Of a stretch of DNA of 39,668 nucleotides, positions 21,739 to 36,700 are shown piece by piece. The notes below the pieces were generated by a model, which did no database searches, had not been told where the DNA came from, and saw only the letters and a list, made by a program, of their open reading frames with translations. The stretch is taken from NCBI GenBank assembly GCA_905331295.1, contig CAJNYD010000262.1, positions 1 to 39,668 of the forward strand, given 5' to 3'. The stretch comes from Rotaria socialis. Its lineage: Eukaryota. The translations under genes were made by a program, and so were the position numbers. How positions within the stretch are numbered: the first letter of the stretch is position 1; each line of letters begins with the position of its first letter.

Positions 21739-24700
21739 TATGAAAGTTCTTAATTGTACGCAAGCAATAGAGACGCTGAAGTTCTGCAAAGGTGATACTT
21801 CAATTTAGATTTTGTAGAGAAGCAACTGCTAATTATTTTCAGAAAAAAAACGTAGCACAAATCGATGAAACCTAGAAAGGATATTGAGAAAATATTGATT
21901 CTATCATTCTGTATCGAGCATTTGTTACAACAAAGCATAGAGTAGAAATTTGCACTTCACTCTCGTTGATCACACGTGAGAAAGAACTGTTGATATACAA
22001 CCCAAAATAGTCTATGCATGATAAGCTCACGTTTTAAAATAGGATTTACTCCCTCATTAAATTTCTGAAGGACAAAGTAGAAAAATGATACAAATCTATA
22101 TCGTGAAATAGATTGAACAAAACAATTCTCCTATGATACGTAGTAGTAAATCAATCATGTTTCATATTTTAACTTCTTAGAATTTCTATCAAATGTCAGA
22201 ACAAAGATTTTTTGTTATTTCATTTTTTTTCCTGGAAACAATCATTTTACCGATTTAGGTTGACATTTGTGAGATTAAAGAAGACTTTTTGAAGCAACTT
22301 TTGTCGTAGTAATAATGATTATTCTTGTTTTTTTGACTTACATAGAAATATTTAGATGATATTCTAGAAAACTGTGTTCGACGACTCTTGTTAAAAATTA
22401 CGTTCGCTAGATATTAATGATCTTTTAGGATGACCACAATTGTAACATTAAAATTGACTATTTTAACTTCTTTAAAAGAATACATTGTCTTTTATAAAGT
22501 GAATTTAATTATTTTCAAATGATTCTATTCATAAAATGTAAATTTATGCTTCGCTGTTCTCGTAGAAAGAAGAAACTCTAACTGAGTTCATTTTTCAGGC
22601 TTCTGTGCAAATTGATTTTTAATCGTTGGGCATGTTGAAAGCATGAAAATAGTTTATTGTGTATAGTTTATATTCGTGGAAGGAATATTTTCCAAAATCA
22701 GCTATGAAATATATTGCACAAGAAGAATTGATCATCTAGGATGTATCTATACTAAACTACACAAGAAAACATCTTTTATGTATCATAAGAATATTTCTGA
22801 TCTGCCTTCAAAGAAGATGAACTATGATAAGTGTGTCACGATTCGTACAATTAATCGAATAACTAAAACAGAGAAGTGAAATAATATCTAGCAGTTAGAA
22901 ATAATCTTTGTTTATATCTTATGATTGTTTTGTGCTATTTAGATTTATTGTTCATTCAATTAATAAATAATTTGAAATATCTTAATTTTAGATAAAAAAT
23001 ATGGCGTTTTGTTGTAATTGAAATGTATAGATGATTTTTTTTTGTTCGAGGTAAGTAGCTTTTATTATTATCGCATTTTCTTTGGCTTTCATAGGACTAG
23101 GTTTTATCATATTGTTCATAGAAGTAAGACATTGTCATTGTTTTTTTTACAGCTCTACAGTTACACAATTAACATCAAGTTATTCAAATATCTGTAGCAG
23201 TCAATTCGTTTTATGATAAAAAAATTTAATTTTCTTTTTGCTAAATCTAAACAATTAATTTGATTAACGCTGAAAAATAAGTATGATTCGATCAATTGTC
23301 TTTACAACTCTGTATTCATCTTTATTTTTGTTCATGATAAGTAAACATGATTCGTTTAAAACCATTTAGTTAGCATTAAAATATTCAACATGAAGTAGTG
23401 TTAGCTTTTTCTTTCATTAAATAATCTAAATCTATCAATAAAGAATCAAGTAGACGATAAAAAATAGTTTGGTTCTTAGTGCCGAGGAAGATGTGTTACT
23501 ATCTATCTATAAAATATGAATTGTTTTTCGTAGAGATATATTAGCAGAATGATCTGCATAAATGTGTCAATATTTGACTGACTATTGACCATACTATAAG
23601 TGATTGTACTAATTATATTTAAATGAAACGAGAGTTTAATAATAAGGGATCTCAAATAATTTGAGTTAGTCAAGAATTATATTAAAATAAGTATTCGAGA
23701 ATTTAATTGAAATGGTGACTTGTATAAACATATGAAAGTTGATTATATTAACAAAAATATGTTTGATGCTAGCAGTGACTTCGATGTTGTATGTATTGGT
23801 AGTAAAGAAACCAAAAAAAGTATTTCTTTAATTATTAGTACAAACTAATTGAAATGGAGTTGAAAAGATAACGATTGAACCATTGAAAGACTAACAAGAA
23901 TGAAACAGGTTTGAAATCATAGTTTTTTTTGTTTCATCTGAACGTGAATGTAATGGAAGAATCTAAATTTCTTATTTATTTCATCCGATTGATGTAGAGA
24001 AAACTTTCTATGTTCTTTTCTTCCATCAGTGCACATGCAAACAGTAGAACAAGAGTTGAGGGAGAAATACCAAAAACTCATTAAAATAACTTATTATTGA
24101 GCAGTATGTAAGTAGTGCTCGAGATAGTTGTACTAATCGATTATTGATTATTTTAGACAGCTTCTCTATTCCTTTAGGGTCAAACAAAACAAAAAGACTA
24201 AAAAAAACGAAAAAATCTTTCGATTTAGATAATTTAATAGTCTAGAATGTTCGCGAATATTCTTATGCATTTCAAAACTGCTGCTCGTTGTTCTGATCTT
24301 TATTTTACAGCATAAGTCTTATGAAGAAAAGAAAGATAAAATTCTTATTTATAGAGAGCGTTCGATCAAAAAAAGCAAAATATCTCCACACGGGTTCTAT
24401 TAAAAATGCATAATATTATGGTCAATAGAACTATTTTGAGCGAATCAGTTGTGAATATTCTCCTGTTAAATATTATTATTAATATTATGAAAGGAAATTT
24501 ACTAGGAGTCAAATGAAAAATATACTTTTGCAATACTTGACGCTTAGTTTTTAGTTGTCATTTGAAAAAAAAACAGTAAGAACAAGCCAAAAGCAAAACT
24601 GTATGAATAAATTGTTTTATTGATGTAGAAACTGAAACATTTGTCAGTTTGAAAGTGAACAGTTAGAAAATTTGGACTTTTCATGTCGGTTTCCCTGATT

Positions 24701-25668
24701 TTGCATAGTTAAGAACATTCGCTGGCAGTAGTTGCAATCTTTATTTCAATAAATTCTAATCTTTCTACCTGATGATAATGGTGGATTAGACGCAATAAGA
24801 TTGAAAGCGACATGAACATGTGAGATTCAGCTAAAAATTTTGAATTACCAACCCATTCCTAGAACTTTATATCGGATCCCATCAAATCTACTATAATTAT
24901 CAGATGGAAAGACCGGAATTAAGTACATTGAACTGGAAGAATAGATTGTGACTGACACGTATAAGGGACCGAAAATGAGTGATATTTACTATGCAAAATC
25001 AGATATTGCTGCTATTCTATCTTTATAGCACTAACAATTCTATTTCATTGTATTATTTTCTTAACTTACTCGTGTAAAAAACTTTAAATAAATTTCTATC
25101 ACTAGCCAGATCATTAATGTATATTTGATTGAACCAATGCAGAGATATTTCGTTTTCCTTTTATTGTAATGCTATTTAGTGAATATCTTGTACAGAATTA
25201 TTTGCATATTTTACAATATCTATTTTCATGAAGATTGTGTCTGGTTTATTAAAATTATGACTAAACTTGCTGAATGAAGGAGCCATTAAAAATATGTAAA
25301 GTATTTCTATTTTATTTCCATATACAAAATACTTGCCCAGTTAAATTAGACATGAATTAGATATAATCAAAGTAAAGTTCGTTAGAAAATATTATTTCCT
25401 AATCAATGCAGATGAATCTCTTTAAAATTTCAAACAACTTATATCAATTTGAATCGAGTAAAACTTCATTTCGACATATTCAATATGAAATAGAAATTGA
25501 TTCGACTCAATAAATAACAAGAATCCGAAAGAAAAAATCAAACCAGAATGGTTGCTTATTATATTTTTATTATTTTCTTGTTACTTTTTTATTCAATAAA
25601 TTTTCTTTCGAAGTTGCATAATCTATCATTACATAAGATTCTTATTATATTTTCAGATTTCCTTACCC

Positions 25669-26292
25669 ATGTACAAACGATTTGTTAATAGTGATTCTAC
25701 AAATGGTGGAGGTTATGAACGTCGTTCACGAGGAACGAAATCATCTGATGAATATTCATCAAATTCATTTCAAGACAATAATAGAGATTCAAATAAATCT
25801 ACAACTCATAACAATTCTCACTTCGTCGATGATAATCATCTTGAAAAACCTTGTAAGGCCTGTGTTGATTTCAAAGATTGGTTAAAACATGGAACTACAA
25901 CTACTAATGCCGAAAAAACAACAATTGTTGACCAGCAAGTTTCAATAAATTCAGAATGTCCACTAATGCGTGATGACTTAGGTCGTGCATCGTGGTCATT
26001 ACTCCATACAATGGCCGCTTATTATCCTGATGAACCAAAAAAAGAAGAACAGCAATGTATGAGTCAATTTATTCATTCATTTTCAAAATTATTTCCGTGT
26101 CCCGAATGTCGAACTGATTTCCAAGAAGAAATTACTAAATCACCACCGAATATTTCGAGTTGCCTTGCTCTTTCAACATGGATGTGTGAACAACATAATA
26201 TAGTTAATAAAAAATTAGGAAAAACTGAATTTAATTGTAAACAAGTATTAGAAAGATGGAAAAATGGACCAGCAGATGGTAGTTGTGATTAA
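25669..26292 (+). CDS. GFER: FAD-linked sulfhydryl oxidase Erv1/ALR, 207 aa
   Basis: Shuttle motif [26 protein letters not shown], redox [22 protein letters not shown] and C-terminal [14 protein letters not shown] splice acceptor at 25655-25656 precedes the ATG, so a short upstream exon is likely. Confidence 0.95.
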   Translation: MYKRFVNSDSTNGGGYERRSRGTKSSDEYSSNSFQDNNRDSNKSTTHNNSHFVDDNHLEKPCKACVDFKDWLKHGTTTTNAEKTTIVDQQVSINSECPLMRDDLGRASWSLLHTMAAYYPDEPKKEEQQCMSQFIHSFSKLFPCPECRTDFQEEITKSPPNISSCLALSTWMCEQHNIVNKKLGKTEFNCKQVLERWKNGPADGSCD

Positions 26293-26385
26293 TAATTTGT
26301 ATTTCTTTTTATTTGTTTTTGAATAAAGTAAACAAAAACATACATATCGTATAAAGAAAATTTTTCGTCACGTTTAACAGAAAGT

Positions 26386-26823
26386 TTAAGCTGATTTAGT
26401 TCCATTTATTGCTCCTGCTAGAATTTGCGGATCAACAGCAACAATTACATTCAGAACAACATTTACAATAGCTAAAAGAACAGATAGAATAAGTGAAAAA
26501 TTATTTAAGGATATTAAACGACGTTGTCGTCGTTCTTTTGATATATCGTCTGCGCCCATTAAAACCAAAATACATGCATTTACAACTTGAATTAATAATG
26601 ATGCACAAACCAATGCAAGACCCACGTACCAAAGTGTATCATGATTTGATTTATTACCAAGAAGAGTTTTTAATTGGACAGCATTCGTTACGAGTAATGC
26701 TAATTCAAAGCTACTATTTGCCAAAGTTTTTTTAGTTGCATAGTTATTAAATGTACTATGTCCACCATCTAAAGTACCTTGATTAGTTGTTTGATGTTCG
26801 ACATCTATTCCTCCTTTCGGCAT
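26386..26823 (-). CDS. Ninjurin family membrane protein, 145 aa
   Basis: NNYATKKTLANSSFELALLVTNAVQLKTLL matches the ninjurin amphipathic region (N.YA.KK......ALL..NA.QLK). It is followed by two hydrophobic helices (SLLIQVVNACIL; LNNFSLILSVLLAIVNVVL). Confidence 0.9.
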   Translation of the reverse strand: MPKGGIDVEHQTTNQGTLDGGHSTFNNYATKKTLANSSFELALLVTNAVQLKTLLGNKSNHDTLWYVGLALVCASLLIQVVNACILVLMGADDISKERRQRRLISLNNFSLILSVLLAIVNVVLNVIVAVDPQILAGAINGTKSA

Positions 26824-29800
26824 TCTAAATGAAAAGAAAAAAATGAAATATTTTTTTTCCGCTGATACTCTGACTATACTTGACAGTAATGCAAGAAAAA
26901 CAAGTCAATTCCTTATCAATTGCTGACTCATTGTTGATTATCTGATATCCTCACTTTTTCTTAGTTACATTCGATATTATTCAAACGAAGTAAAAACATG
27001 ACTGTCGATTAAAACGATAGCAGTGAAAATTTTTATATATTTTTCTTTTCTTTATTTGAATATAAACTTACATTTTATTAATATTATCGTTAAAGATCTG
27101 ATATTTTGTACGTACAGGCGAATGTTAATAGATTCTATTATACAACGACAACGGCGATGATCGTTTGTAGATGTCTTGTATATTCTCTCTTCTGTTGTTA
27201 TTGATATTCTTTCTTGTATATAGACTGAGTGAGATAGATTACGGAGAATGATCGATTGAAGAGGAAAAAAAGAGAAAAAAATAGTCTTTACATAGCTATA
27301 TATAAGCAGCTATAACTGAGTAGTACGATACGAAGAAAGAAAGATCAAGATGATGAGCAAATACACGATAACCTTTTTATCTTAGTTGTTAGTGTAGCAT
27401 ACAAAAATGAAAGCCAAAAAAGAAAACTTGATACCATTGCCAAACAATTAAAAAGAATTTACGTATGAAATGTTCAGACTAAGGCTGCCGATAAAGATCA
27501 AGGTAATTAAAAATACGAAACTACGGCATGAGACAATGTGAAATTAATGTGCATGTTCAACCTTCTCTCATTCGTCTTTTCTTTTCTTTTCTTTTTTGTT
27601 TCTACCAACTGACGTCAGGTCTATTCATAATATCCACGAGAAAGCAACTCATAAATTGACATCATTCTCTTTTTTTCTCTGTTACAATGTTTGTCGAATT
27701 CTATTCTCAATCCATTGACGTACAACATCTGCGACCACGTTGGCTAGAATTTTTATTTTTTTTTAAAGAGATAAATATATGATTTTAATTTGAAAAAAAA
27801 GAATATTGACATAATGCTTCAAAATTTGACATATTGATCATGCTATTATATTTACTACCGATGCTCTTTTTTGAGTAACACAAGAGAATATGGCCAACAA
27901 ATCCGTTTGATTTAAGTAACGTCATATCATCGTTCGACATTCTTACATAAAGCGTATGCTATCCTTCACATTCCGTTTCGAATGTTGATAAAATGAATAC
28001 AGCTCACGTTTTTTTCTTAGGGCTTGTAATCTTTTATCATAGATATTTGAAATAAAAATTCATTTTATCCGATTAAAAATAAAAGAAATAGTTAAAAACT
28101 AGTAAAGTAAATATTATCGGAATTCACAACATAAAATATATTATATTGACTTAGTAAAACAACTTTTTATCGGAACTTCATTCTCTGACAACATAATAAC
28201 TACAACAACCCTGTAGACTAGTTTTTATGTGAATTCATACTATTGTTAAATATTAATAAGAATTTATGTGAATGAAAAATCGATTTATATATCTAAGGTT
28301 CCAAAATATGCACATCCCGAACAAAAGAATTTACTGAAATCTAAAGCAATCATATACGTGCTATTCGAACCAGTCGTCGCATACATGCATGATCATATGA
28401 GAAATTTTATATATAGTTTAATATTAGAATACATTGTTAATTCGACATGTTGCACATTGATCATCTGCAAAAGATAGTGTTAAATACGTAAAAGCATTTA
28501 CGATTACAAAAATTTATTTCAGTGAAAACTATCAATTTACTAGTTATATTTGACACAGTTCATTAGGTTTCTTCTTGATCATTTATGAATATATTTGAAA
28601 TTAAACGCAAAAAGAGACGTGTATAATCGATTGTTTATGACCCAACTGTATAGAGTTCGAATAAAATGGCGCTCTATGCTAGTTTTTTCTCAACAAAGAT
28701 GATACGTATTCAATAATATTTTAGTATATTTAAAAGAAAATGAAAGAGAATATTTCGTCGTCCAATCCTAGTAATTAGTAAAGAAATAGAAAATATATGA
28801 ATATTATATTTATTGGTAAATTATGCATGGAAAAATTTCTAACTAAATTTAGGCAAAATAAAGATAATTGAAGTTTCCTGTCAACTATTGAATAACAGTA
28901 ACTAATATTTTGATTTCTGAAATAATCGGCGTGCGATAGGAATATGAAAATTAATTGTGATTTTGTGAGTTTCCACGATTAAATATTAGTCGCACCCTTC
29001 TATTGTAATGTAATGATATCAATCTTATAATAAAATCAGTTCTTTTTAATTTATCGGGGAAAGTACAAAAAAAGATAGATTAATAGTAATCTCAATAGCA
29101 TTTAACATTCACGTTTTGTATTTATTCAACTATTGCCTTAATAATTCAAGATGATGGACACAGTAAGATAAAATTTAAGTTATTTCAATCAGAAATGTCT
29201 TAGTATTATTATTAGATCGATATAAATGATAAAAAAAAATATGATTTTCAGCAAACGTCGAAACGAAAAATACACAACTAAAAAGTTAGTCTATTATTTA
29301 CTTACATACAACACTCAGATATATGAAATTGAATAAATGTTTCATGCAAACAAAAGAAAAAAAGAACTGTTGAGATGTAGTATATGGTAAATGTCTTTTC
29401 GAATGTTTTTTTTTTATTGAAAAATTTACACTCGTACATAATTACACAATGAATATTAGCAATGTTAGATTTTTCAATAATCTATCACATAATTATTCAA
29501 GACTGTTTCTAGTACTGCCGTAAACACGAATAACAAAGCCAATCAATAAACTCACATAGATATGCAGAATTTTCGCACGATGTAGTAGTGATTTAATTTT
29601 CGAAGAAAAAGACGCTTGTTATTGTTTTTCTCAGTGTTAGAGACCAAATTTCATTTCATATAAAACATGACAATACTGTAAGTGTGCAAAATCTTCTTGA
29701 GCAAGTCTATCTAATGCAATACTATTAGTATAGATATGACAATCGAGAGATCATCTATTCAAAATTCAAACATCGTAACAAAAATTTGAGATGAAAAAAC

Positions 29801-30751
29801 GGTGTTTTTTTAAAATTTTCTTTATGTATTGATGACAGTACTAAGCTGAACGATTATTCGAATAAGAACTTGAAATATTATTAGTTTAGTTTAAGAAAAT
29901 TTTGATAGATAGCAATACAAACAAGATTCAACATAGGCCATCACAGTGTGCTGTAGTAAGTAAGCAAAAACTTGCTTTTTTAAAATTTTTATATGATCAT
30001 AAATTAAAATGTTTTAATTGAATTTTCATTAGTATTCCTCATTGCCTTCACACATGTGAAAAATTAAATTATCTTATATTATTAAAAACAATGGTTATCA
30101 TGGTTTCGACGAGATCGTACTCTTTGAAATGCTCTATAGGTTTATTATAAGTATGCTTACAGTAAACTATCTTTCTTGTTACTATTTCACTTGTAATTTT
30201 CTGAAATCGAACAGAAGTAGGTTGATAAATTTTAATGTTTAATTTAAATAATATATATGGTTGTAATTTTTTTATTTACACAATTCAGTCTAATGTGAAA
30301 ATATCACTAAATATCTAGATCTATAGAAGCCATCATTGTTTCATACGAAAATGATGTCTATTCTGCATCTAGAAGACCATTATCAAAGTAGATATTGAAA
30401 AATGAGTTCAACGAACGTTAAATTTTTTGTACCCTTATTTACGATATGTATGATTATATAAGATATGGTCATTTTCTCTTGTTCTCTCGCCATAGCCCAT
30501 CGTCGTCGATGATGCGAGAACATACCGACTGCTCGGACCTGATATACAATATCGTATCGAGTAAGAATAGTAATGATATAGTAAAGAAAAGAACGACGAA
30601 AAGAAAGAGCATTGCTTTTGACCCGAGACGAGATTGAACACTCTCTGTATTTGCATATGCAAGATAACCATTCATTCATATACGTGACCAGAGCAGACGC
30701 TTGCGCTCACATATAAGCGCGTAATAACGATTTTTTTTATTCATTCAAACA

Positions 30752-33700
30752 ATGAGAAAAATGTACATTGGTCCGGTGTGTAGGCGATATTGGCTTTGGT
30801 ATTTTCTATTAGGTTCTCTATTCTTATTCGATTCATTTGGTAAATATTCAGAAGCGAATATATTTTAAATTCTATTCAATTTTTACGAAAAATAATTTTA
30901 GTTTCTGTCCACAGTCAAATCGATGCATCGATATCTTCATCATCGTTAAATGGAAATTCGATTCGACGTCGTCGTCCACCTTCTGCATTAACACGTCGTC
31001 CTATTAATGGTAGTTCATTAATACCTGATTGCGATCATGGTGGATGTTATCCAGCTACGGGAGATTTGTTAGTCGGTCGAACAGCTAATCTTTATGCTAG
31101 TTCAACTTGTGGTCTTCGTCGCCCTGAACGTTATTGTTTCATTGGTAATTTAAAAAATGTTAGCTGTGATGTATGTGATGTAAAAGTAGGAAATAAATCG
31201 CATACAGTTGATCAAATTGTTGCACGATCACCTGGAGATCTAAATAAACATACTCAAGCATGGTGGCAAGCTGAAAATGATCGAGAAAATGTGACTATTC
31301 AATTAAATTTAGAAGCTGAATTTGTTTTCACACATTTAATCATGAAATTTCGTACGTTTCGACCAAAAGGTATGATTATTGAAAAAAGTGCAGATTTTGG
31401 AAAAACGTGGAAAGCTTATGCTTATTTTGCTGCGTCATGTGCAACACAATTTCCTTATGTGACAACAATACCGATACCAGATCAACCCTATTGTGAAAGT
31501 CGATATTCGGATGAGACGCCATCAACGGGAGGAGAAGTAAATTTTCATTTTCATTTTCATTTATAGATTGATAATAAATTCTTATTTCAGGTTGTTTTTC
31601 GTGTAATTTCACCAAGTACGATTGGCAATCGTGATCCTTATTCACCAAGTATTCAAGAATTAATCAAAATTACAAATTTACGTATTAATTTTACGAAACT
31701 TCATACACTCGGTGATAACTATTTAGATAATCGACAAGAAACAACACCAAAATATTATTATGCTCTATATGAGATGGTTGTACGTGGTTCATGTTCATGT
31801 TATGGTCATGCTAAACGCTGTATACCAACTGAAGATGAATTAAAAGGAAACGTAACAACTCCAGGCAAAGTATATTACTTTTCATTTTCTTTTATTCTCT
31901 TTTTGTATGAATCATCTTTAAAACTTAGGTTTATGGTCGATGTAATTGTACACATCATACTGAAGGTTTAAATTGTGAGCGTTGTGCTGATTTGTATAAT
32001 GATCGTCCATGGAGACCGGCTCGTATAGGACAACCAAATCCTTGCCGTCTTTGTGAATGTCATGGCCATGCAAAACGTTGTCGTTTCGATCCGGTTAGAT
32101 TCGCACAAACAAATTATACATCAGGTGGTGTTTGTGAAGATTGTGAACATAATACAATTGGTGCACGATGTGAATTCTGTAAAGATCTTTTCTATAAAGA
32201 TAATTCTTTACCAATGACGGATCCACATGTTTGTAAACGTAAGTTCAAATTGCAAAATAGTTGACATATTTTATGAATTTATTTAGCATGTAATTGTGAT
32301 GCACTTGGAACAAGAAACAAAGGTAGTTGTGTTCAATATGATGATTCTCATTTGGATCTTCATGCTGGTCAATGTATATGTAAAGAATTTGTCGAAGGAC
32401 AACGATGCGATAAATGTAAAGCTGGATTTTATAATCTTGATTATAATAATCCACAGGGATGTCAAGGTATTGTCTTTAATTACGAAAATAATAAAGAAAC
32501 AAATTGCTTCTTCTTTTGTTTAGCTTGTGATTGTCATCCATATGGAATTATTGATAAACAATGTGATACTACAACTGGCATGTGCCAATGTAAACCAAAT
32601 GTCATTGGACAACGGTGTGATCAATGTCAAGTATTTGAATTCGATTTCAAAAATAAAACTACGTCTCGAATACAAATTTATTGTAGGAAAATCATTATGG
32701 TTTGAATGATAATGTTCCCGAAGGTTGCCGATCATGTTCATGTCATCCAGGTGGTTCTTATTCGCTTCAATGTGATCTGAATACAGGTCAATGTCCGTGC
32801 CGTGAAGGAATGATTGGTCGACAATGTGATACACCAGCACCAGGTACTTACTGTACTGGTTTACAGTTTTTTACGTATGAAGCCGAATTAGCTCGTGTGG
32901 AAGAAAAAGTATGTTGATCATTTTAAAGTTACAATGTTCATTATTATTTATTTTAGAAAGCAATTATATTTACATACGATAATCCTAATGAACCACGCTC
33001 ATGGACTGGTACAAGTATTGTAAGAATTTATGAAGGTGGTTTTATTGAATTCGATATTTATCATATGGCTCGTGGTGGTCTTTATAGTTTAATTATACGG
33101 TATATACCAGCTGTAAGTTCTACTGATTGAAATCGATTATATGAAATAAACACAAATCATGCTTTTTTCTTCTTCTTGTTCTTCTCCTTCATTGTATATA
33201 GCCAAAAACATGGGAAGATGCACGTGTTGTTGTGATATCACAAAATCGTACTCAACCAAATATAACATTATGCAATGATCAAACTTATGAACAAGAACAA
33301 TCATTTAAATTACCCGCAAGTATGCAGATATACATACTCTATATGATTAAAAAAAACAATAAGAAATCATATTTTTATTTAATTATTTATTTAGATAAAA
33401 CATTTGATGAACTAGTAAAACCATTATGTTTAAATGAAAATGAACATTATAAATTGCAATTACAATTGAAAAAATATGGTCATGGAGATAATCCACGCGA
33501 TCCAGTTATTAGTATTGATTCGGTATATTAAACAAATAAAAATGGAGGAGTTTTATTATTTTTTTAAAATTGTTCCGTGGTTTAGATTGTATTTGTTCCT
33601 GTTATTGAAAAAATCGATGTATTTAGTAATCATCCATCACTATTAAATAGTTACGAAACGCAACAATGTAAACAATTAGCATTAATTGTTGCGCAACCAA

Positions 33701-36700
33701 TTGAAGTACCTGAAATGTGTCAAAAAATAATATGTGGATTAAATGCATTAACAATCGGACGAACATTACGTAAGTTTTACTCTTTATCTGATAAAGAAAA
33801 AAGAATTTTGCATTTTTAATTTTTAATTTTTAATTTAAAAAAAAGCATGCGATTGTGATCCAACTGGTTCTCTCAATACACAATGTGATCCCATAGGTGG
33901 TCAATGTAGATGTAAACCATATGTAATGGGTACCAAATGCCATTTATGTGTACCAGGTAGTTACTATTTTTCACCGGATGGTTGTACAAAATGCAATTGT
34001 CATAATATGGGCGCTTTAAATAATTTGTGCGATGTTGCTGCTGGTGCATGTTATTGTCGACCTAATGTATCTGGTCGTGATTGTAGTAAATGTTCACCGG
34101 GCTTTTGGAATTTTCCATCGTGTCAACGATGTGAATGTAATGGTCATACAGATCTCTGTGAGCCAGACACAGGTGTTTGTATTAATTGTCGTGATTCAAC
34201 ATCTGGTGACCATTGTGAAAAATGTGTAGATGGCTATTATGGAGATGCAAGATTAGGTTCAACACAAGTTTGCAAACCATGCATGTGTCCAGGTAAACAA
34301 AAGTCTTTCAGAGAATAGTATATACGTATATATTGAATTATATTTTAAATAGGAGGCCCTGGTTCATCACAGCAATTTGGTGATTCATGTGTGCACGAAC
34401 CATATACTCAACAAGTAGTCTGTCGTTGTCGTTCAGGTTACACAGGTCCACGATGTTCACAATGTGCAATAGCTTATTATGGTTCACCGACAGAACCAAA
34501 TAGTAAATGTCAACCATGTTCATGTAATAATAATATTAACGTTGATGATCCTGATTCATGTGATCGTCGTACGGGTTTATGTCTGAAATGCTTATATAAT
34601 ACAGGTGGCCCTAATTGTGATACGTGTCAAGCAGGCTTTTTCGGTGATGCACTTGGACCTGATAAATGTCGAACATGTGATTGTGGTATTGGTGGTATAC
34701 CTGATCAAATATGTAATAGTCGAACAGGTGCATGTGCTTGTAAAGAACATGTGGAAGATACAAAAACTGGTCGGCGCTGTTCACAATGTGTAGATGGTTA
34801 TTGGGGCTTAGGTCGAGGCTATTGTTCAGATTGCAAATGTGATCTTGAGGGAAGTGAATCGTTAATGTGTGATAAATTTACAGGACAATGCCGTTGTAAA
34901 CCAAATCGAGGTGGACTTCGATGTGATCAATGTCCACCTGGAACCTATGGTGATACAAATGCATGCCAACCATGCCAATGTTCAAATGATGGAGCAGTTA
35001 GTTCTGAATGTGATCCTCAAACAGGTCAATGTACATGTAAACCAGGTGTTACTGGGCAATTATGTGATCGTTGTGCTCGTGCTAAATATGGTGTTGTACC
35101 CTACTGTTCTACATGTGGTGCATGCTTTACCAATTGGGATACAATTATAAATGGTGTTACTCGTCAAGTACAAACATCGATTGAACGTCTTAATTCAGTC
35201 GAAATTCGTCAACTTGAATCAATAGCAAACGGACATCTATTTCAACAAGTGGATTCTTTACTTGATCAAGCACAAATTTCTCTTGGACTTAAATATAGAC
35301 AAAATGAACTCGATCCATACCGTTATAAATATCAAACAATAATTGATCGTATCAATCGTCTTACTTCATTGTTGAATAATGAATTTCAACCAGAATTTCT
35401 TAATCAGACAAAACGTTTTCGTTTTGATGAAGATTTACTACATGTAACAAATACTATTGGGGAAACAGAGAAATTAATTGGCTTTTATAGAAAACAATTC
35501 GACCGTGCTAAACATGCAAATTTACAATCAGCCGGTATAAGTACTCAAAAATTCGAACAAGAATTAATTGATATTCAAAATCAATTAAGTCAATTAATGA
35601 GTTTAAGTAATCAACAGCAAAGTCGATTATTAAGATTAAATCAAACTGTTATGGCAAATAATGAAGAATATCGTTCAAAAAATCGACAGATACAAGATCA
35701 AATCAAAAATTTAACAAAAACTTCTGAAGATTTTTATGAAAAATATATTAATACAGTAAAGAATTTTCTATTGATTTTCGTTCTTTCGATAGATAAATTC
35801 TATTAATTTAGGGTAATGTTAGTGAAATTCTATGTGGTTCACGTGGTATTCAAAATAATCAATGTTCAATCTGTGGTGGTGAAGGTTGCGAGTCAACATG
35901 TGCAAATTCATCTTTACAATGCCTATCAAGTGTTCATGGACAATTAAATACATTGATTGATACAATGGATGCAACACAAACTGTACTTTCAACAAAACAA
36001 GAAGAAACAAATCTTATTTATGCACGTCAGTATCAATTAGAAAAAGATGTAACACAAACATTAAATGAAATAATTCGTGAACAACAAGGATTTGCATCGT
36101 TTAATATAACGTTGAATGAGACGACTTTTAATATTGATTCCATTCAACAACAAATAACAAATTTAACCAATAGTTTACTTGATAGAAAACCGGCTGATAT
36201 TAGAGAAATAATTGATCGAATATTGACAAAGAAAATTTATTTAACATCAAATAATTTAGAAGAAAATATTCATGATATTCAAACATTAGTTGAACAAGCT
36301 CAAAAAAGTAGTCAAACTGGAAACGAATTAGAAAAAATACGTGATGCGACATTTAAGTTAAGCCGAGCAAAAACTATTGAAAATGATCTATCAACTTATG
36401 TCAGGTAATTTGTTTTTATGTCGACAATGCAAAACAAGAATTTGTTATACTAATAGTCATCTATATTAGTCATAGTCATTTGTAGAATAATTCATAATCT
36501 TAGATGATTCAATATAATGAATCTTAATAAGGCATAAATATTGAATATGATTACTCAAGACTTATTATGTGTGCATGTTATATGTTTGATTACAAAAGCT
36601 AGAATTTTCGTAGCTAAGAAGTTTCAGATGAAAACAATTTTCTAGCATCACTACAATCCATAACCATTGTAATATCTATTAAGTCGAATAAAATATTTAA

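Noticed and set aside
30383..30679. Cluster of overlapping ORFs upstream of laminin
   Set aside because: Four mutually overlapping frames in a promoter-like region with no protein features.
31376..36010. Alternative-frame and antisense ORFs within laminin
   Set aside because: They are shadows of the Cys-rich TGT/AAT codon usage of the real exons.
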